Positions 9,610 through 19,739 are shown, numbered from the stretch's first letter. The stretch: 50,374 nucleotides of DNA from Candidatus Bathyarchaeota archaeon (GCA_004376645.1 SOJC01000077.1:1-50374), one strand, 5' to 3'. Numbers and translations are program-made. Notes: generated by a model not told the origin, from the letters alone.

Positions 9610-11655
9610 TTGAGACTAGAATTGGGCAGAAGGGTGAAGGAAGAACTCTCTGGCGGAGTTGCTAAATCCTTTGTAGCTGAAATCACCCGATTCCACAGAG
9701 TCCAAGCCTCAACCATGTTTCATGAAGCAGCAAACTACGTGAAAGCAACATTACACAACATCGGACTTAAAGATGCGAGAATTGAACAGTTCACTTCAGA
9801 TGGAGAGACAAAGTATTGGACATGGACCACCCCAATTGGCTGGGAAGTGAAACACGCAGAACTGAACCTAATTAAACCAAAAGAGAAACTCATCGTCCGA
9901 TACAAAGACACACCAACGAGCCTTCACACCCACAGCAAAGGCACACCAGTCGAAGGCGTGACAGCAGAACTGATAGATGTAGGAGAAGGCACTAAGCCAA
10001 AACACTACGAAGGAAAAGACATCAATGGAAAGCTCGTCTTGGCATCAGGACGAGCGAAACGAGTGCACGAAGAAGCAGTCTACAAACACGGAGCCATCGG
10101 CGTAATCACGGATACGCTGACACATGAGATCGAAGACATTCGGGAAAGTCTAGACATACCTGACGCTCATGCCTACCAGTCAATCTGGCCAACAAAAGAA
10201 GAATTGGACAAGGTAAGTTTCGGTTTCTCCTTAAGCAAACGTCAAGGAAGTCACTTGAGGGCAATGCTTAGAGAAGGAGAACGGGTCGTCCTAAACGCCA
10301 AAGTCGACGCAAGATTATTTCCAAGCAAATTAGATGTAGTAACAGCAACAATCCAAGGCAACTTAAAACCTGATGAGGAAATTTTTCTAATCGCCCACCT
10401 ATGTCATCCAAGACCGAGCGCGAACGACAATGCTTCAGGCAGTGGCTTACTCATAGAGATCGCGCGCACAATAAAAACCTTGATAGATTCTGGCAAAATT
10501 AAACAACCAGCAAGAACCATACGGTTCCTATGGGTACCCGAAACCTTTGGTACAATCGCCTACTTGTACCATCACAAAGACAAAGTGTCAAAGCTAATCG
10601 CAGGAATCAACCTTGACATGGTAGGACAAAACCAAGAAATCTGCAAATCAACCCTTAACCTAGACAAAACACCTGACTCCAATCCTTCATTTCTCAACGA
10701 CTACATCTTCAACCTCCTAGAACGTTCAGTAGGAGAATTCGACCACAAGACAGCCTTCGGTCCAGGATCCACATTCAGATACACCATCACCCCTTTCAGC
10801 GGAGGAAGCGACCACGCAGAATTCAACGACAGCACGTTCAATGTCCCGTGTGTTATGCTACTTCAATGGCCAGACCTCTACTATCACTCCAGCATGGACT
10901 CAATTGACAAGGTCAGCGAGGATAGTTTGAAACGTGTAGGCTGGATAGCTACAGTCGCAGTCTTAACTCTTGCCAGTGCCACAAGCGAAGATGCAATCAT
11001 CATGGCGAACTTGACAAGAATCGGAGGGCTAACGAGGATCCAAGAAGCAGTAAAGAAAGCAATCGCAGACCTACACAAAATAATCAATGGAGCCCCGGAA
11101 GAGTTGGCGAAGAAATTATCAGAAATCGCGTTCAACCTAAAAAACAAAATTGAGCACATCATGTGGCGGGAAAAGCAGGCAATCAAATCAGTGAAAAGAA
11201 TAGGAAGTACTGTTGAACTCAACATCATCACACAATATACCAAAGATATAGAACAAAAGTGTCAGCTTGAATTGAAACGGTTCAACGAAATTCTAACCAC
11301 CATGGCAAAAACAGCTGGTATAACATTCCCAATCCAATCACAGGAACTGGAGGTAGTGAAGCAGGCGAGAAAGTATGTGCCCAGTCGATTGTTCAAGGGC
11401 CCTCTTAGCACCGACGCTTTAAAGAAGGCTATAGGAGAGGAACAAATTGAATGGCTTGAGGAGACCTCAAAGAAAGATAAAGAGTTCAGAAAGAAAACGT
11501 ACGAGATTATCAACTTCATGAATGGAAAACGCTCAATATACGATATCGCGAAGGCGGTGTCAGCAGAGTACAGCGAAACAAATCCAGACTATGTGATGAA
11601 ATTCATTCAGCTCCTTGAAAAAGCAAACTTCATCTCTATCCAGAGGTCAAACTAA
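9610..11655 (+). CDS. M28-family aminopeptidase-like protein with a C-terminal winged-helix domain (DUF2172/DUF4910/HTH_47-like architecture)
   Basis: 681 aa with a TTG start preceded by GAGGAG. The M28-type metal-ligand region reads HLCHPRPSANDNASGSGLLIEIAR ... GGSDHAEF. The C-terminus (INFMNGKRSIYDIAKAVSAEY...FIQLLEKANFISI) looks like a wHTH. The family names are recalled, not searched. Confidence 0.7.
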   Translation: MRLELGRRVKEELSGGVAKSFVAEITRFHRVQASTMFHEAANYVKATLHNIGLKDARIEQFTSDGETKYWTWTTPIGWEVKHAELNLIKPKEKLIVRYKDTPTSLHTHSKGTPVEGVTAELIDVGEGTKPKHYEGKDINGKLVLASGRAKRVHEEAVYKHGAIGVITDTLTHEIEDIRESLDIPDAHAYQSIWPTKEELDKVSFGFSLSKRQGSHLRAMLREGERVVLNAKVDARLFPSKLDVVTATIQGNLKPDEEIFLIAHLCHPRPSANDNASGSGLLIEIARTIKTLIDSGKIKQPARTIRFLWVPETFGTIAYLYHHKDKVSKLIAGINLDMVGQNQEICKSTLNLDKTPDSNPSFLNDYIFNLLERSVGEFDHKTAFGPGSTFRYTITPFSGGSDHAEFNDSTFNVPCVMLLQWPDLYYHSSMDSIDKVSEDSLKRVGWIATVAVLTLASATSEDAIIMANLTRIGGLTRIQEAVKKAIADLHKIINGAPEELAKKLSEIAFNLKNKIEHIMWREKQAIKSVKRIGSTVELNIITQYTKDIEQKCQLELKRFNEILTTMAKTAGITFPIQSQELEVVKQARKYVPSRLFKGPLSTDALKKAIGEEQIEWLEETSKKDKEFRKKTYEIINFMNGKRSIYDIAKAVSAEYSETNPDYVMKFIQLLEKANFISIQRSN

Positions 11656-11687
11656 AAAGATTGACTATTTATATCTAGCTCTACGTC

Positions 11688-11729
11688 GTTTCCGCTTTTT
11701 CTTCTCTCGTCTCTTCCTTTTCTTTTTCC
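11688..11729 (+). terminator. Oligo-T / polypyrimidine tract; candidate archaeal terminator between convergent genes
   Basis: The sequence gtttccgctttttcttctctcgtctcttccttttctttttcc contains two T5 runs. It starts about 33 nt after the M28 gene stop. Confidence 0.3.
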
Positions 11730-11896
11730 ATTTAGCTCGCATCTATGCAGCCTCTATTCAACAGCGAGTGTCACATGGCAACCATTGAGCATGCCTAAGC
11801 AGTCAAATGATCCCTTTGTTGTCAGCCCAATACTTACCCAGTTGTTAAAAACCTTATGGTTAAGGCTCTACTTCCCAAGGTGAACTCACTGGAGAA

Positions 11897-12685
11897 TTAA
11901 AACCCTAAGAGATTCGAGATTGTGGGCACAGAGACGTAGATTTTTACAAAGATCCCAACAATTATGACAGCAATCGAAACTAACACCAACAGATAGTCGT
12001 TTCGCTTCATCTTCAGTGTGTATAAGTTGGTTCGCTTCTCAATTGCGCCCCAAGCTCTTGCCTCCATAGCTTCTGCAAGTTCTAGACTTCTTCTAATGGC
12101 GCTGATGATTAGGGGAATGAGAATTGGAATATAATTCCTTATTCTTCTTAAGAAGTTGCCTTTCTCAAGTTCTAATCCTCTAGCCTTCTGAGCATCCATG
12201 ATTGTCTGAGCTTCTTCAGCTAAGACTGGTACAAACCGCACCGCAGTCGTGAAAGCGAAACAGAATTCGTAGGGGATATGACTCTTCTCAAGAGCCAGAC
12301 CCAGATGGTCGGGAGAAGTAGTTAGAAAGAAGATTGAGAATGACTCAACAAGCGCTATGAAGCGTAGAGTCATTGCAGAAGCGTATTCGACGTCACTCGC
12401 CGTTAACGTATAGCCAGCGTATATGAATCGGAAGAGAATATTCGTTCCGAAAATGATCGAAGCTAAGAACGCGGCTCCTCTAAGTGAACGAATCCATTCC
12501 TTTTGAACCCGCGCTAAAATCACGAAAGGGATTTGAAACAGGAACAGAACAAGTAATGGAAGCAACTCGAAAAAAATTATTGCAACCACAAAGATGGAAC
12601 AAACATAGAAAAACTTGATCCGTGGATCTAACATGTGGATGGGTGAAGAAATTCCTCTAAACTTTAAACCATCGAAGACGCTCAT
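11897..12685 (-). CDS. ecfT: ECF transporter transmembrane (T) component (EcfT/CbiQ family)
   Basis: 262-aa polytopic membrane protein with the C-terminal ARG...E / A..RS motif region (AQKARGLELEKG...ISAIRRSLELAEAMEARAW). It overlaps the upstream ATPase gene by 4 nt. Confidence 0.85.
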   Translation of the reverse strand: MSVFDGLKFRGISSPIHMLDPRIKFFYVCSIFVVAIIFFELLPLLVLFLFQIPFVILARVQKEWIRSLRGAAFLASIIFGTNILFRFIYAGYTLTASDVEYASAMTLRFIALVESFSIFFLTTSPDHLGLALEKSHIPYEFCFAFTTAVRFVPVLAEEAQTIMDAQKARGLELEKGNFLRRIRNYIPILIPLIISAIRRSLELAEAMEARAWGAIEKRTNLYTLKMKRNDYLLVLVSIAVIIVGIFVKIYVSVPTISNLLGF

Positions 12686-13500
12686 TTTCCACCCAGCCGC
12701 TTCAAGAGAAGCTCCTTTGCCTCGTAGAGATCAATCACATCAAGGGGAAATTCGAGGTCCTTTATTCCCATGAAAATCTCAGTTACTTGAGGCAGCACAA
12801 CTGACGCTTGAGTCAGGAGTTCAACATCTGTTAGCACGTCTTTCCCAATACCGTCAGCTACAATTCTTCCTCCAGACATGAGTATAACTCGTGGGTTGCA
12901 TTCTGACACAAACTCTACATCGTGGGTGACAACTACGACTGTCTTCCCTTGGGTATTAAGTTGGATTATGAATTGCCGAAGTTTTTCTTTTTGACTATAA
13001 TCTTGACCTATGGTGGGTTCATCCATGACTACAACTTGAGGGTCCCAAGCTAATACTGAAGCCAAAGCAACACGCTTTCTTTCTCCTCCACTCAACATGA
13101 AAGGAGACGCCTTCCGGTATTCCATTAGTCCCAGCAGGTTCAAGGCCCAAGTGACCCGTCTCTTCAGAGGAGCTTCCTTGAAGCCGAAGTTTTTGAGAGC
13201 AAATGCGATCTCATCCTCAACTGTTTCGCAGAAAAGCTGGTTATCTGGGTTTTGAAAGATGAACCCTACCTTTCGGGCAAGTTTAGCAACACTTACACTT
13301 TCAGTGTTCACACCATCAACTAGGACTGCTCCCTTCGACGGCTTCAAGAGACCGTTGAAATGTTTTATAAGAGTCGTTTTTCCCGCTCCGTTCTGACCCA
13401 TTATAGCTACGAACTCTCCTTTTCTGATCTCCAAGGAAATGTTTCGTAGTGCTTCAACCCCATTGGGATAGGTGAACCAGAGATCCTTAATTTCGATCAT
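12682..13500 (-). CDS. ecfA: ECF transporter ATPase component (EcfA')
   Basis: ABC ATPase with Walker A GQNGAGKTT, signature LSGGERKR and Walker B VVVMDEPT. The C-terminal extension is typical of ECF A components. Confidence 0.9.
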   Translation of the reverse strand: MIEIKDLWFTYPNGVEALRNISLEIRKGEFVAIMGQNGAGKTTLIKHFNGLLKPSKGAVLVDGVNTESVSVAKLARKVGFIFQNPDNQLFCETVEDEIAFALKNFGFKEAPLKRRVTWALNLLGLMEYRKASPFMLSGGERKRVALASVLAWDPQVVVMDEPTIGQDYSQKEKLRQFIIQLNTQGKTVVVVTHDVEFVSECNPRVILMSGGRIVADGIGKDVLTDVELLTQASVVLPQVTEIFMGIKDLEFPLDVIDLYEAKELLLKRLGGK

Positions 13501-14345
13501 GCCTTCAGAGCTCCTCGCACTAGCTCTCCCATTTCTTCCGCCATAATGGGCACCTTCTTTGAGTGAAGTGCCTTCTGTTCTTCCAGAAGCTGGAAGAGTC
13601 GTGTAACCTTCGGAATTCCGACACCGAGCATACGAGTCTTTTCCGAGTTCAAAACCTCTCTCGGTTCACCATCTAAGATGATTTTCCCAGCATCCATTAC
13701 AACTACATGATTCGCATATCTTGCAACCAGATCTAGCCGGTGCTCGATCAAGATGACTGTTACATCCAAAGATTCGTTTAACTTGCTAATCACTCCGAAG
13801 ATCTTCTTAGCACCTACTGGGTCAAGAAAGGAGGTTGGTTCATCCAACACTAGAATTTCGGGATTCATAGCCATTATGCTTGCTATGGCCACTCGCTGTT
13901 GTTGCCCTCCAGAGAGTTCATGTGGTGCCCGTTCCGCCAAGTCCATAATTCCAGCAGTTTCCATGGCCCAATTCACTCGTTCCCTCATCTCCTTCCTTGG
14001 AATGCCAAGGTTCTCCAAACCAAATGCTACGTCCTTCTCCACAGAAAGTGCAAAGAGTTGATTCTCTGGATTCTGGAACACTAACCCCACACACATTGCA
14101 AGTTCATGGATTGGATGGTCCACAACATTAAGACCATTCACAACGATCTTGCCCTTCAGTTCTCCCTGATAGAAATGAGGAATCAAACCATTTAGGCATC
14201 GACATAAACTGGTCTTTCCACATCCGCTTGGACCTGTAAGGATGACAAACTCACCCTTTTGAATCTCAAACGAGACATCATCAAGGGCGGGTTTTTCAGC
14301 ATTAGGATATGTATACGTTAAGTCTTTAGCTTCGACAATTACCAA
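13497..14345 (-). CDS. ecfA: ECF transporter ATPase component (EcfA)
   Basis: ABC ATPase with Walker A GPSGCGKTS, signature LSGGQQQR and Walker B ILVLDEPT. It is the first gene of the A-A'-T module. Confidence 0.9.
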   Translation of the reverse strand: MVIVEAKDLTYTYPNAEKPALDDVSFEIQKGEFVILTGPSGCGKTSLCRCLNGLIPHFYQGELKGKIVVNGLNVVDHPIHELAMCVGLVFQNPENQLFALSVEKDVAFGLENLGIPRKEMRERVNWAMETAGIMDLAERAPHELSGGQQQRVAIASIMAMNPEILVLDEPTSFLDPVGAKKIFGVISKLNESLDVTVILIEHRLDLVARYANHVVVMDAGKIILDGEPREVLNSEKTRMLGVGIPKVTRLFQLLEEQKALHSKKVPIMAEEMGELVRGALKA

Positions 14346-14625
14346 CCTATGTCGCTCACCTTACAGCAAGATTCTCCCATTTAAGAGTAGCTACCTAATA
14401 TTTCGTAACGCAAAAGACAATATTTTGGCTCTGACACTCCTCCTAACATGCACGCGCTTTGCATATATGCGACGCATGCATGGGACTACTCAAATTATGT
14501 GAGACCATGAGAAAAATTGAAGAAGGGGAGATACTTGGCTAGGTCTGACATGTTCATAGTCAGCTTGAAAAGCTACTAAGATCCATGAATGCAACGTTGA
14601 AGCATCTTGTGGAACATATGAAACT

Positions 14626-15621
14626 CTAGGCGCTCCCAAGCTTCCTTTTCAGCAGCCTGATGCAGTGCTTCAAGCATTCTTCTTGGTCTCCGACACCATT
14701 GACTCCAGCAGACATTGCATGCCCACCACCCATACCTTGAAGATATTCCCCCAAAGGCTTTGCCAGATCTCGTCCAAGATGGACTTTTGTCGCCTGATGG
14801 AATTTGTGAGACGCGCGCATACTGATTTTGAGCTTATCGTCTCTCTGCCCAGCTACAATTGCCACATGGGCGCCCAAGGAAACTAACGCCCTTGCAGCAG
14901 AAGCTTGATATGCGCCAACATATGAAAGTGCCACAATCCATTTCCCAACTTTAAGAAGCTTGGTTCTCCTTGAAGCCTTCAAGCGTGCCACGCGTTCAGA
15001 TTCCTCCATCGGCATTGAGAGTAGGGAAAGCGTTTCTTGGGCTTTTACACCCGAATCTATAAGATCAGCGACAATCTTGAGAGTTGTTGAGTTTGCCAAG
15101 ATGAAGTGGCGTGTATCGAATGCTATACCTAAAAACAGCAATTTGGCCTCAGCCTCAGTGATTCGAACATTCATATCCATGAAGAATCGGTAGACAATTT
15201 CACAAGTGGAAGAGGCGTTCTCGTCAGCAACAGTCAAGGTTGCCAACTGTTCAGTTTCAGGATGGCTGGCATGATGGTCCACTACCACGATTGGGGAGTT
15301 TGCAGCCTCTACCCTTTCAGCCCAATCCCCTAGCTGCTGGATTGTGTTGGTGTCCAGCAATATGATGGTATCGGCTTCTTCAATTAGCGGATTTTGTGTT
15401 AGACTCTTTGAAAAAGCTGCCAGCACGCGTCTGGAAAGCCTGCTGGGTCCTTCTGCCGCTGCGATTTCAATTCTTAATCGAGGACGAATACGTTGCAATA
15501 GACTTGAAAGGGCAAGAGCTGCCCCTATTGCATCTGGATCCGCATTGTGATGGCATAACAGAATTACAAACCGGGCGTTCATGCGATCTAGAAGAGCTGT
15601 TAGATCCTGGATCGGCAACAT
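14626..15621 (-). CDS. DHH/DHHA1 family phosphoesterase (NrnA/aRecJ-like)
   Basis: Motifs HHNADPDAIGAA, LLDT, VVVDHH and GGGHAMSAG are present. Confidence 0.85.
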   Translation of the reverse strand: MLPIQDLTALLDRMNARFVILLCHHNADPDAIGAALALSSLLQRIRPRLRIEIAAAEGPSRLSRRVLAAFSKSLTQNPLIEEADTIILLDTNTIQQLGDWAERVEAANSPIVVVDHHASHPETEQLATLTVADENASSTCEIVYRFFMDMNVRITEAEAKLLFLGIAFDTRHFILANSTTLKIVADLIDSGVKAQETLSLLSMPMEESERVARLKASRRTKLLKVGKWIVALSYVGAYQASAARALVSLGAHVAIVAGQRDDKLKISMRASHKFHQATKVHLGRDLAKPLGEYLQGMGGGHAMSAGVNGVGDQEECLKHCIRLLKRKLGSA

Positions 15622-15774
15622 AGTCCACTCAAGTGTCGTTCCAACATTTCGAACGTTTGCACTGTGGCTTCATCAGTAAGTCCTTTCGCAATGCAAATTC
15701 TCAACAAAGGATAAAGCATTTGGTCATCTGCAAGCTCAGGCAAGCTGATATTTTTCAATAGCTACACCTGAACG

Positions 15775-16155
15775 CTAGAGGTTAGTTGCAGTGGCGCCGG
15801 ATGATCCAGGGCTTAAATCTCTTCTCAGCTTCGCTTGTAGTTGGTTAAGCTGTGTTCGCAGCCTCTCTTCCTGTTTACTAAGCACCTGCACGCGTGTATC
15901 CAAGAGCTCCTTTCGTTCTCTCAAGTCTGCCTCAACTTTGTCCTTCTTCGACTTCACAAGGAGTGAACCGATGGATTTGTAGATGACGGCTTCTTCGGTG
16001 AGTGTACCCAACTCTGTCAAGGCTTGTTCAGTTTCGCTGGTCTCGAGCTCCACTTGCTGCTTCTGCGTCAAAACTGTTTGAAGACTACGTTGAAGCTGCT
16101 GCAGTCTAAGAAGCCGTTCTTGAACTTGAGGTGGAAGGTCTGACACTTCACTCAT
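15775..16155 (-). CDS. pfdB: Prefoldin beta subunit
   Basis: 126-aa coiled-coil protein (LPPQVQERLLRLQQLQRSLQ...AVIYKSIGSLLVKSKKDKV...). It lies next to pcc1, as in many archaea. Confidence 0.85.
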   Translation of the reverse strand: MSEVSDLPPQVQERLLRLQQLQRSLQTVLTQKQQVELETSETEQALTELGTLTEEAVIYKSIGSLLVKSKKDKVEADLRERKELLDTRVQVLSKQEERLRTQLNQLQAKLRRDLSPGSSGATATNL

Positions 16156-16212
16156 TCCTTTTCCTCAGAACACCAACCAAGGATCTTCTGCAGCAATATT
16201 GACTCGTGTTAA

Positions 16213-16488
16213 TTAAGTGTTTTTGCCCTGGTTTTTCTCAAGTCGTTCAGTGGTCTTGTATGTGTCAACGATGAGGGCAACCCATCTGAGATATGAGTTT
16301 AACGTCGCTCGAAAAGCCGCTAGATCCTTTGCTTCAACTTCTATTACTAGCCTCTTCCCAAAACCTTCGATAAGAACCTTGGATCTGGATGTCACTGGCT
16401 TTCGTGTCTCTGGAAGCAGAGCATTCAGTAGAATCTTTACCATTCTCTTTGACGGTAGTTCAATGGAAACCCGGGAATTCCTTTTCAT
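16213..16488 (-). CDS. pcc1: KEOPS complex subunit Pcc1
   Basis: 91 aa with the pattern SIELPS...LLNALLPE....SRSKV.IEG.GKRLVIEVEAKDLAAFRATLNSYLRWV, which matches the Pcc1/CTAG family signature. Confidence 0.75.
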   Translation of the reverse strand: MKRNSRVSIELPSKRMVKILLNALLPETRKPVTSRSKVLIEGFGKRLVIEVEAKDLAAFRATLNSYLRWVALIVDTYKTTERLEKNQGKNT

Positions 16489-16566
16489 TCTCTAGAACTC
16501 CCTACTTGACGAACCATGCATTCGGAGCAATATTGAATATCAACTAGAAAACTGGCCATATTGGTT

Positions 16567-17799
16567 TCATGCTCGTTTCTTAGCGCTAACAATATTGATG
16601 ACATCTCTGTCCTTCAATCTGTAATCTTCTCCAACTCTCGTTTTTGCTCGAGCTTCTATGGCATAAATAAAGCTATCACCTAGTTCTGTATGTATAAGAT
16701 ATGCAAGTTGGCGAGCTGTCGTTCCATAGGGAACAATATATGCGTCCGGTAGCACTTCCCCTTTATGGTTAGAAAGTTTCTCTATGTCCTCAACGGGATA
16801 GACAACTATACAATTTAGAAGCTTAAAATAAGCCGCGTTTATAGCTTCTTGGATCCCTGTTGCTCCAAAAGGAGCTAGGACTCTCTCCTTTATTGTTTGG
16901 AGAGCACTTAGCTGCATCTCTGTTAATACCTCAGATTGCAGTATGTTAAAGTTGCAGTCACCGGGCGTATAATCTATCCAGTTCCTTTCTGCTGCTCTGC
17001 GCATGGCAAGTTCAGCTTCCGCACTACATGGTATAACAGTATGATCTTGTTGTCTCAGTCTCTCCAAATTAGGTGCGGCGGTGGGCAGATCGATCTTATT
17101 CGCTGCGATGAGCATAGGTTTTGCGACTCTTCGCAAGGCATCTGCAAACTTTACGATGTCTCCCTCACTCCACAAACCAGGTTTCTCAGAATTCAGCTTA
17201 GTCTTCTTGATTGCTTCAAATATGTGCTCTCGTTTGATGGAGAGACCGGTTAATTTGTCTTCGAGTTGATTAACCAACTTCCCTGTGCCCCCCGATTCAA
17301 TGGTTCTCGCCATTCTAGCCCAATCGCGCTTCAAAATCCTAGCAATCCACATTGCGATTTCAACCTCAAGGAATCGTGTATCTTCTAACGGGTCATGGGT
17401 TCCGGGTTTACACTGTCGACCCTCAATATCTGTGGCTCCTGCAGCATCTACGATGTGAATAAGAGCGTCAGCCCTTCGAATCTCGTCTAAGAATTGATTC
17501 CCTAAACCTCGACCCTGCCAAGCCCCTGGTACTAATCCAGCGCAATCAATCAACTCAACAGGAATCAAACGGGTTCCGTTCTTGCATAATGAATTGACAG
17601 GATTGTCCAGCACATTGAATTCTGTATGTACACAAGGAGTGCGAACATAACCTACTCCACGATTTGGCCTGATTGTCGTGAATGGATAATTCGCGATCTC
17701 TGCTGGTGCCAATGTGGCCGCAGAGAAGAACGTGGATTTTCCTACATTAGGTTTGCCTACAATCCCTATTGCATATGGATGTTGTTTCTTGGTTGACAT
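16567..17799 (-). CDS. ychF: YchF/OLA1-type Obg-family P-loop ATPase/GTPase with C-terminal TGS-like domain
   Basis: G1 motif [14 protein letters not shown], then DCAGLV and NKID. At 410 aa it has the usual archaeal length. Confidence 0.85.
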   Translation of the reverse strand: MSTKKQHPYAIGIVGKPNVGKSTFFSAATLAPAEIANYPFTTIRPNRGVGYVRTPCVHTEFNVLDNPVNSLCKNGTRLIPVELIDCAGLVPGAWQGRGLGNQFLDEIRRADALIHIVDAAGATDIEGRQCKPGTHDPLEDTRFLEVEIAMWIARILKRDWARMARTIESGGTGKLVNQLEDKLTGLSIKREHIFEAIKKTKLNSEKPGLWSEGDIVKFADALRRVAKPMLIAANKIDLPTAAPNLERLRQQDHTVIPCSAEAELAMRRAAERNWIDYTPGDCNFNILQSEVLTEMQLSALQTIKERVLAPFGATGIQEAINAAYFKLLNCIVVYPVEDIEKLSNHKGEVLPDAYIVPYGTTARQLAYLIHTELGDSFIYAIEARAKTRVGEDYRLKDRDVINIVSAKKRA

Positions 17800-18043
17800 T
17801 TCTAATGACTCTACAGGTATTTTCTGTTGGCATCAAATAAAGGCTTAATCAGAGCCTATCGGAATATAATATATCGCTATCGAACTATCTCAGAGAAGGA
17901 TGCTGCTTTTAAGGTGAGCAAAACTTAATTGTCACCTTCTTCTGTGAGTTAATTGCTTGAACTGGATTTCTGTAGCACATTTAAGCAACAAGATTTATTA
18001 AATCGTAATACTCGGTTCTGTTGTTGCGGAGGAACAGGTCGAA

Positions 18044-18358
18044 TTGCTTCCACAATTAAAAATTTGCGGACACAACGAGGAATATGAAAACATCGTCAGC
18101 GAAGCTGTAGATAAAACCCTCAATCAGGTTCTTGGTTCTGCTGCAGCCAATGCCATCTACTTCTATTTAGAGAAAGATCACGCAATAAAGAAGAACGAGA
18201 TTCCAGAGAAGCTTGAGTCCTTCTGCGAAGCAATCCAAGAATACCTCAGTACTGGAGCAGCGATGGTAGAGAAACAAATATTAAGAAACTTCTACTCAAA
18301 TTTAGAGTTATATGAAGAAAATAGCCCTACAAGTTCGCTGATCAGCTCAAAACACTAA
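18044..18358 (+). CDS. Hypothetical protein
   Basis: 104-aa ORF with a TTG start. It is soluble and helical-looking, with no recognisable motif. Confidence 0.4.
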   Translation: MLPQLKICGHNEEYENIVSEAVDKTLNQVLGSAAANAIYFYLEKDHAIKKNEIPEKLESFCEAIQEYLSTGAAMVEKQILRNFYSNLELYEENSPTSSLISSKH

Positions 18359-18666
18359 CACTATAATAGATCCAAACGGATAGCGACTCCTCAATAAACC
18401 TAAGATATTTATTAGAAAACTACCCCAAATAACTTAGTGCGGTATTGATGTCGCAAGAGATACCATCAACAGACCATTGGCAAAGACCTTATTCAAAAAA
18501 ACCCAATGGCCTAGAAGTCCGAACTAGTCAATCTAAGTCGTTTAGAATAAACAAGAAAAACTCTCTGAAAAGCACCTACTTTGCAGAAACCAGCAGAGGC
18601 TCATTACTTCCGAATAAATCCCGCGAAATATGCATTTGCTTCATTTAAGGACGTCTGAGATTAGTC

Positions 18667-19410
18667 TTGAAGTTCACTCATAATATAACTGCCACGCTGT
18701 ACATAGCTCTCTCTCTTTTAGGACTTTTCCTGATCATTGCACTAGTGGAATCTTCTCATCCAACGACAGCAAATCTCTCCTGGCGGAAACCTGCCATAGG
18801 CACTTTATTCAGCATAGTGTGCATTACAGGAATCTTAGCCGGTGTATTCCCTTCAAAATGTTCAAGCACGATTCATTTTGGGAGGATTCAGTCAACAACT
18901 CGGGGGGCAGAAAACGAAACAGTATTTTCTGGGCATCACCCACGCTGTGGACAATTCAAGGCTCACATATTCCAAATAGGTGACAAAGTTTTTTGCGCTG
19001 GATGTACAGGGTTGATTATTGGAGCTGTTCTCTCCCTCTTTGGAGTTGTAATGTGCTTCACGAACCAATGTACTTTGTTAGATGGTCCTCTTGTATTTTG
19101 GGTTGGTGTCATAGGAGTCTGCTGTGGATTACTTCAATATCACTTCTTCAATTGGGGAAGTTATTTTGTTCATCTTATTGTAAACGTGCTTTTCGTTTTT
19201 GGTTCTTTCTTGCTTCTCATAAGCGTTGATGCAATTACAAAGAGTTGGATCATCGATGTATACTTGATTGTCCTAAGCGTTTTCTGGGTGTTCACCAGAA
19301 TCTCGCTCTCTCAGATGGATCACAAAAGGATCTGTAGTGCATGCCCCATGGAAAGGTGTAAATTCTCCAAAGAAAAGGATGAAGAACTTTATTCACGACG
19401 CATCCCGTAG
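18667..19410 (+). CDS. Polytopic membrane protein with a Cys/His cluster (DUF2085-like)
   Basis: 247 aa with several TM helices. The HHPRCGQF...KVFCAGCTGLIIGA segment resembles the CHQ..RSF...CARCTG motif of DUF2085 membrane proteins. A C-terminal CSACPMERC motif is also present. Confidence 0.5.
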   Translation: MKFTHNITATLYIALSLLGLFLIIALVESSHPTTANLSWRKPAIGTLFSIVCITGILAGVFPSKCSSTIHFGRIQSTTRGAENETVFSGHHPRCGQFKAHIFQIGDKVFCAGCTGLIIGAVLSLFGVVMCFTNQCTLLDGPLVFWVGVIGVCCGLLQYHFFNWGSYFVHLIVNVLFVFGSFLLLISVDAITKSWIIDVYLIVLSVFWVFTRISLSQMDHKRICSACPMERCKFSKEKDEELYSRRIP

Positions 19411-19739
19411 AGAGCCCCAGCTATGATAAGTACTCCGAGAATGACTATCATCAAAGGCCATAAGACGTCCAAAACTTGTAGTCCGGAGAGTATAGCAAAT
19501 CCTATGATAACGATTATGAGCCCGAAGATTATCCCCGCTATTGCTCCTCCGTATGGAAGCCCAAAACATTCATCTTCCGAATGGCGTCCTTCACTAGATC
19601 CAAAGCATCCGCCTTGTGAGCGGTATCTTTTTGGGGTAACTTCTCGAAGGGATACTTTACAGTTCGAACAGACATCAGCATCATCCTCATTCTTGGTTCC
19701 GCACTTTGTGCAGTAAACCAACTTCATTCTCTCCGACAA
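19389..19739 (-). CDS. Zinc-ribbon membrane protein
   Basis: 116 aa with an N-terminal CTKCG...CSNC zinc ribbon followed by two hydrophobic helices. Its 3' end overlaps the convergent 18667..19410 gene by 22 nt. Confidence 0.55.
   Translation of the reverse strand: MSERMKLVYCTKCGTKNEDDADVCSNCKVSLREVTPKRYRSQGGCFGSSEGRHSEDECFGLPYGGAIAGIIFGLIIVIIGFAILSGLQVLDVLWPLMIVILGVLIIAGALYGMRRE

Noticed and set aside
15620-15774. ~50-codon minus-strand ORF (…LPELADDQMLYPLLRICIAKGLTDEATVQTFEMLERHLSGL…) between pfdB and the DHH gene, overlapping the DHH start
   Set aside because: It falls below the ORF-track cutoff, the only possible early start is a TTG, and I recognise no family. It might be real, but the sequence alone does not support it.
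16217-16495. 92-aa plus-strand ORF
   Set aside because: It mirrors pcc1 almost end to end. pcc1 has the family signature and the expected position beside pfdB.
17911-17938. 7-bp inverted repeat AAGGTGA-N14-TCACCTT upstream of ychF
   Set aside because: It is a short, isolated hairpin in a divergent intergenic region. There is no flanking oligo-T or repeated copy to suggest function.
18445-18648. 67-aa basic ORF in the 18.36-18.67 kb spacer
   Set aside because: It has no motif, a low-complexity basic composition and no evident SD element. I cannot support it as coding. A TTGATG-N13-CATCAA hairpin near 18444..18468 is also too weak to call an RNA gene.
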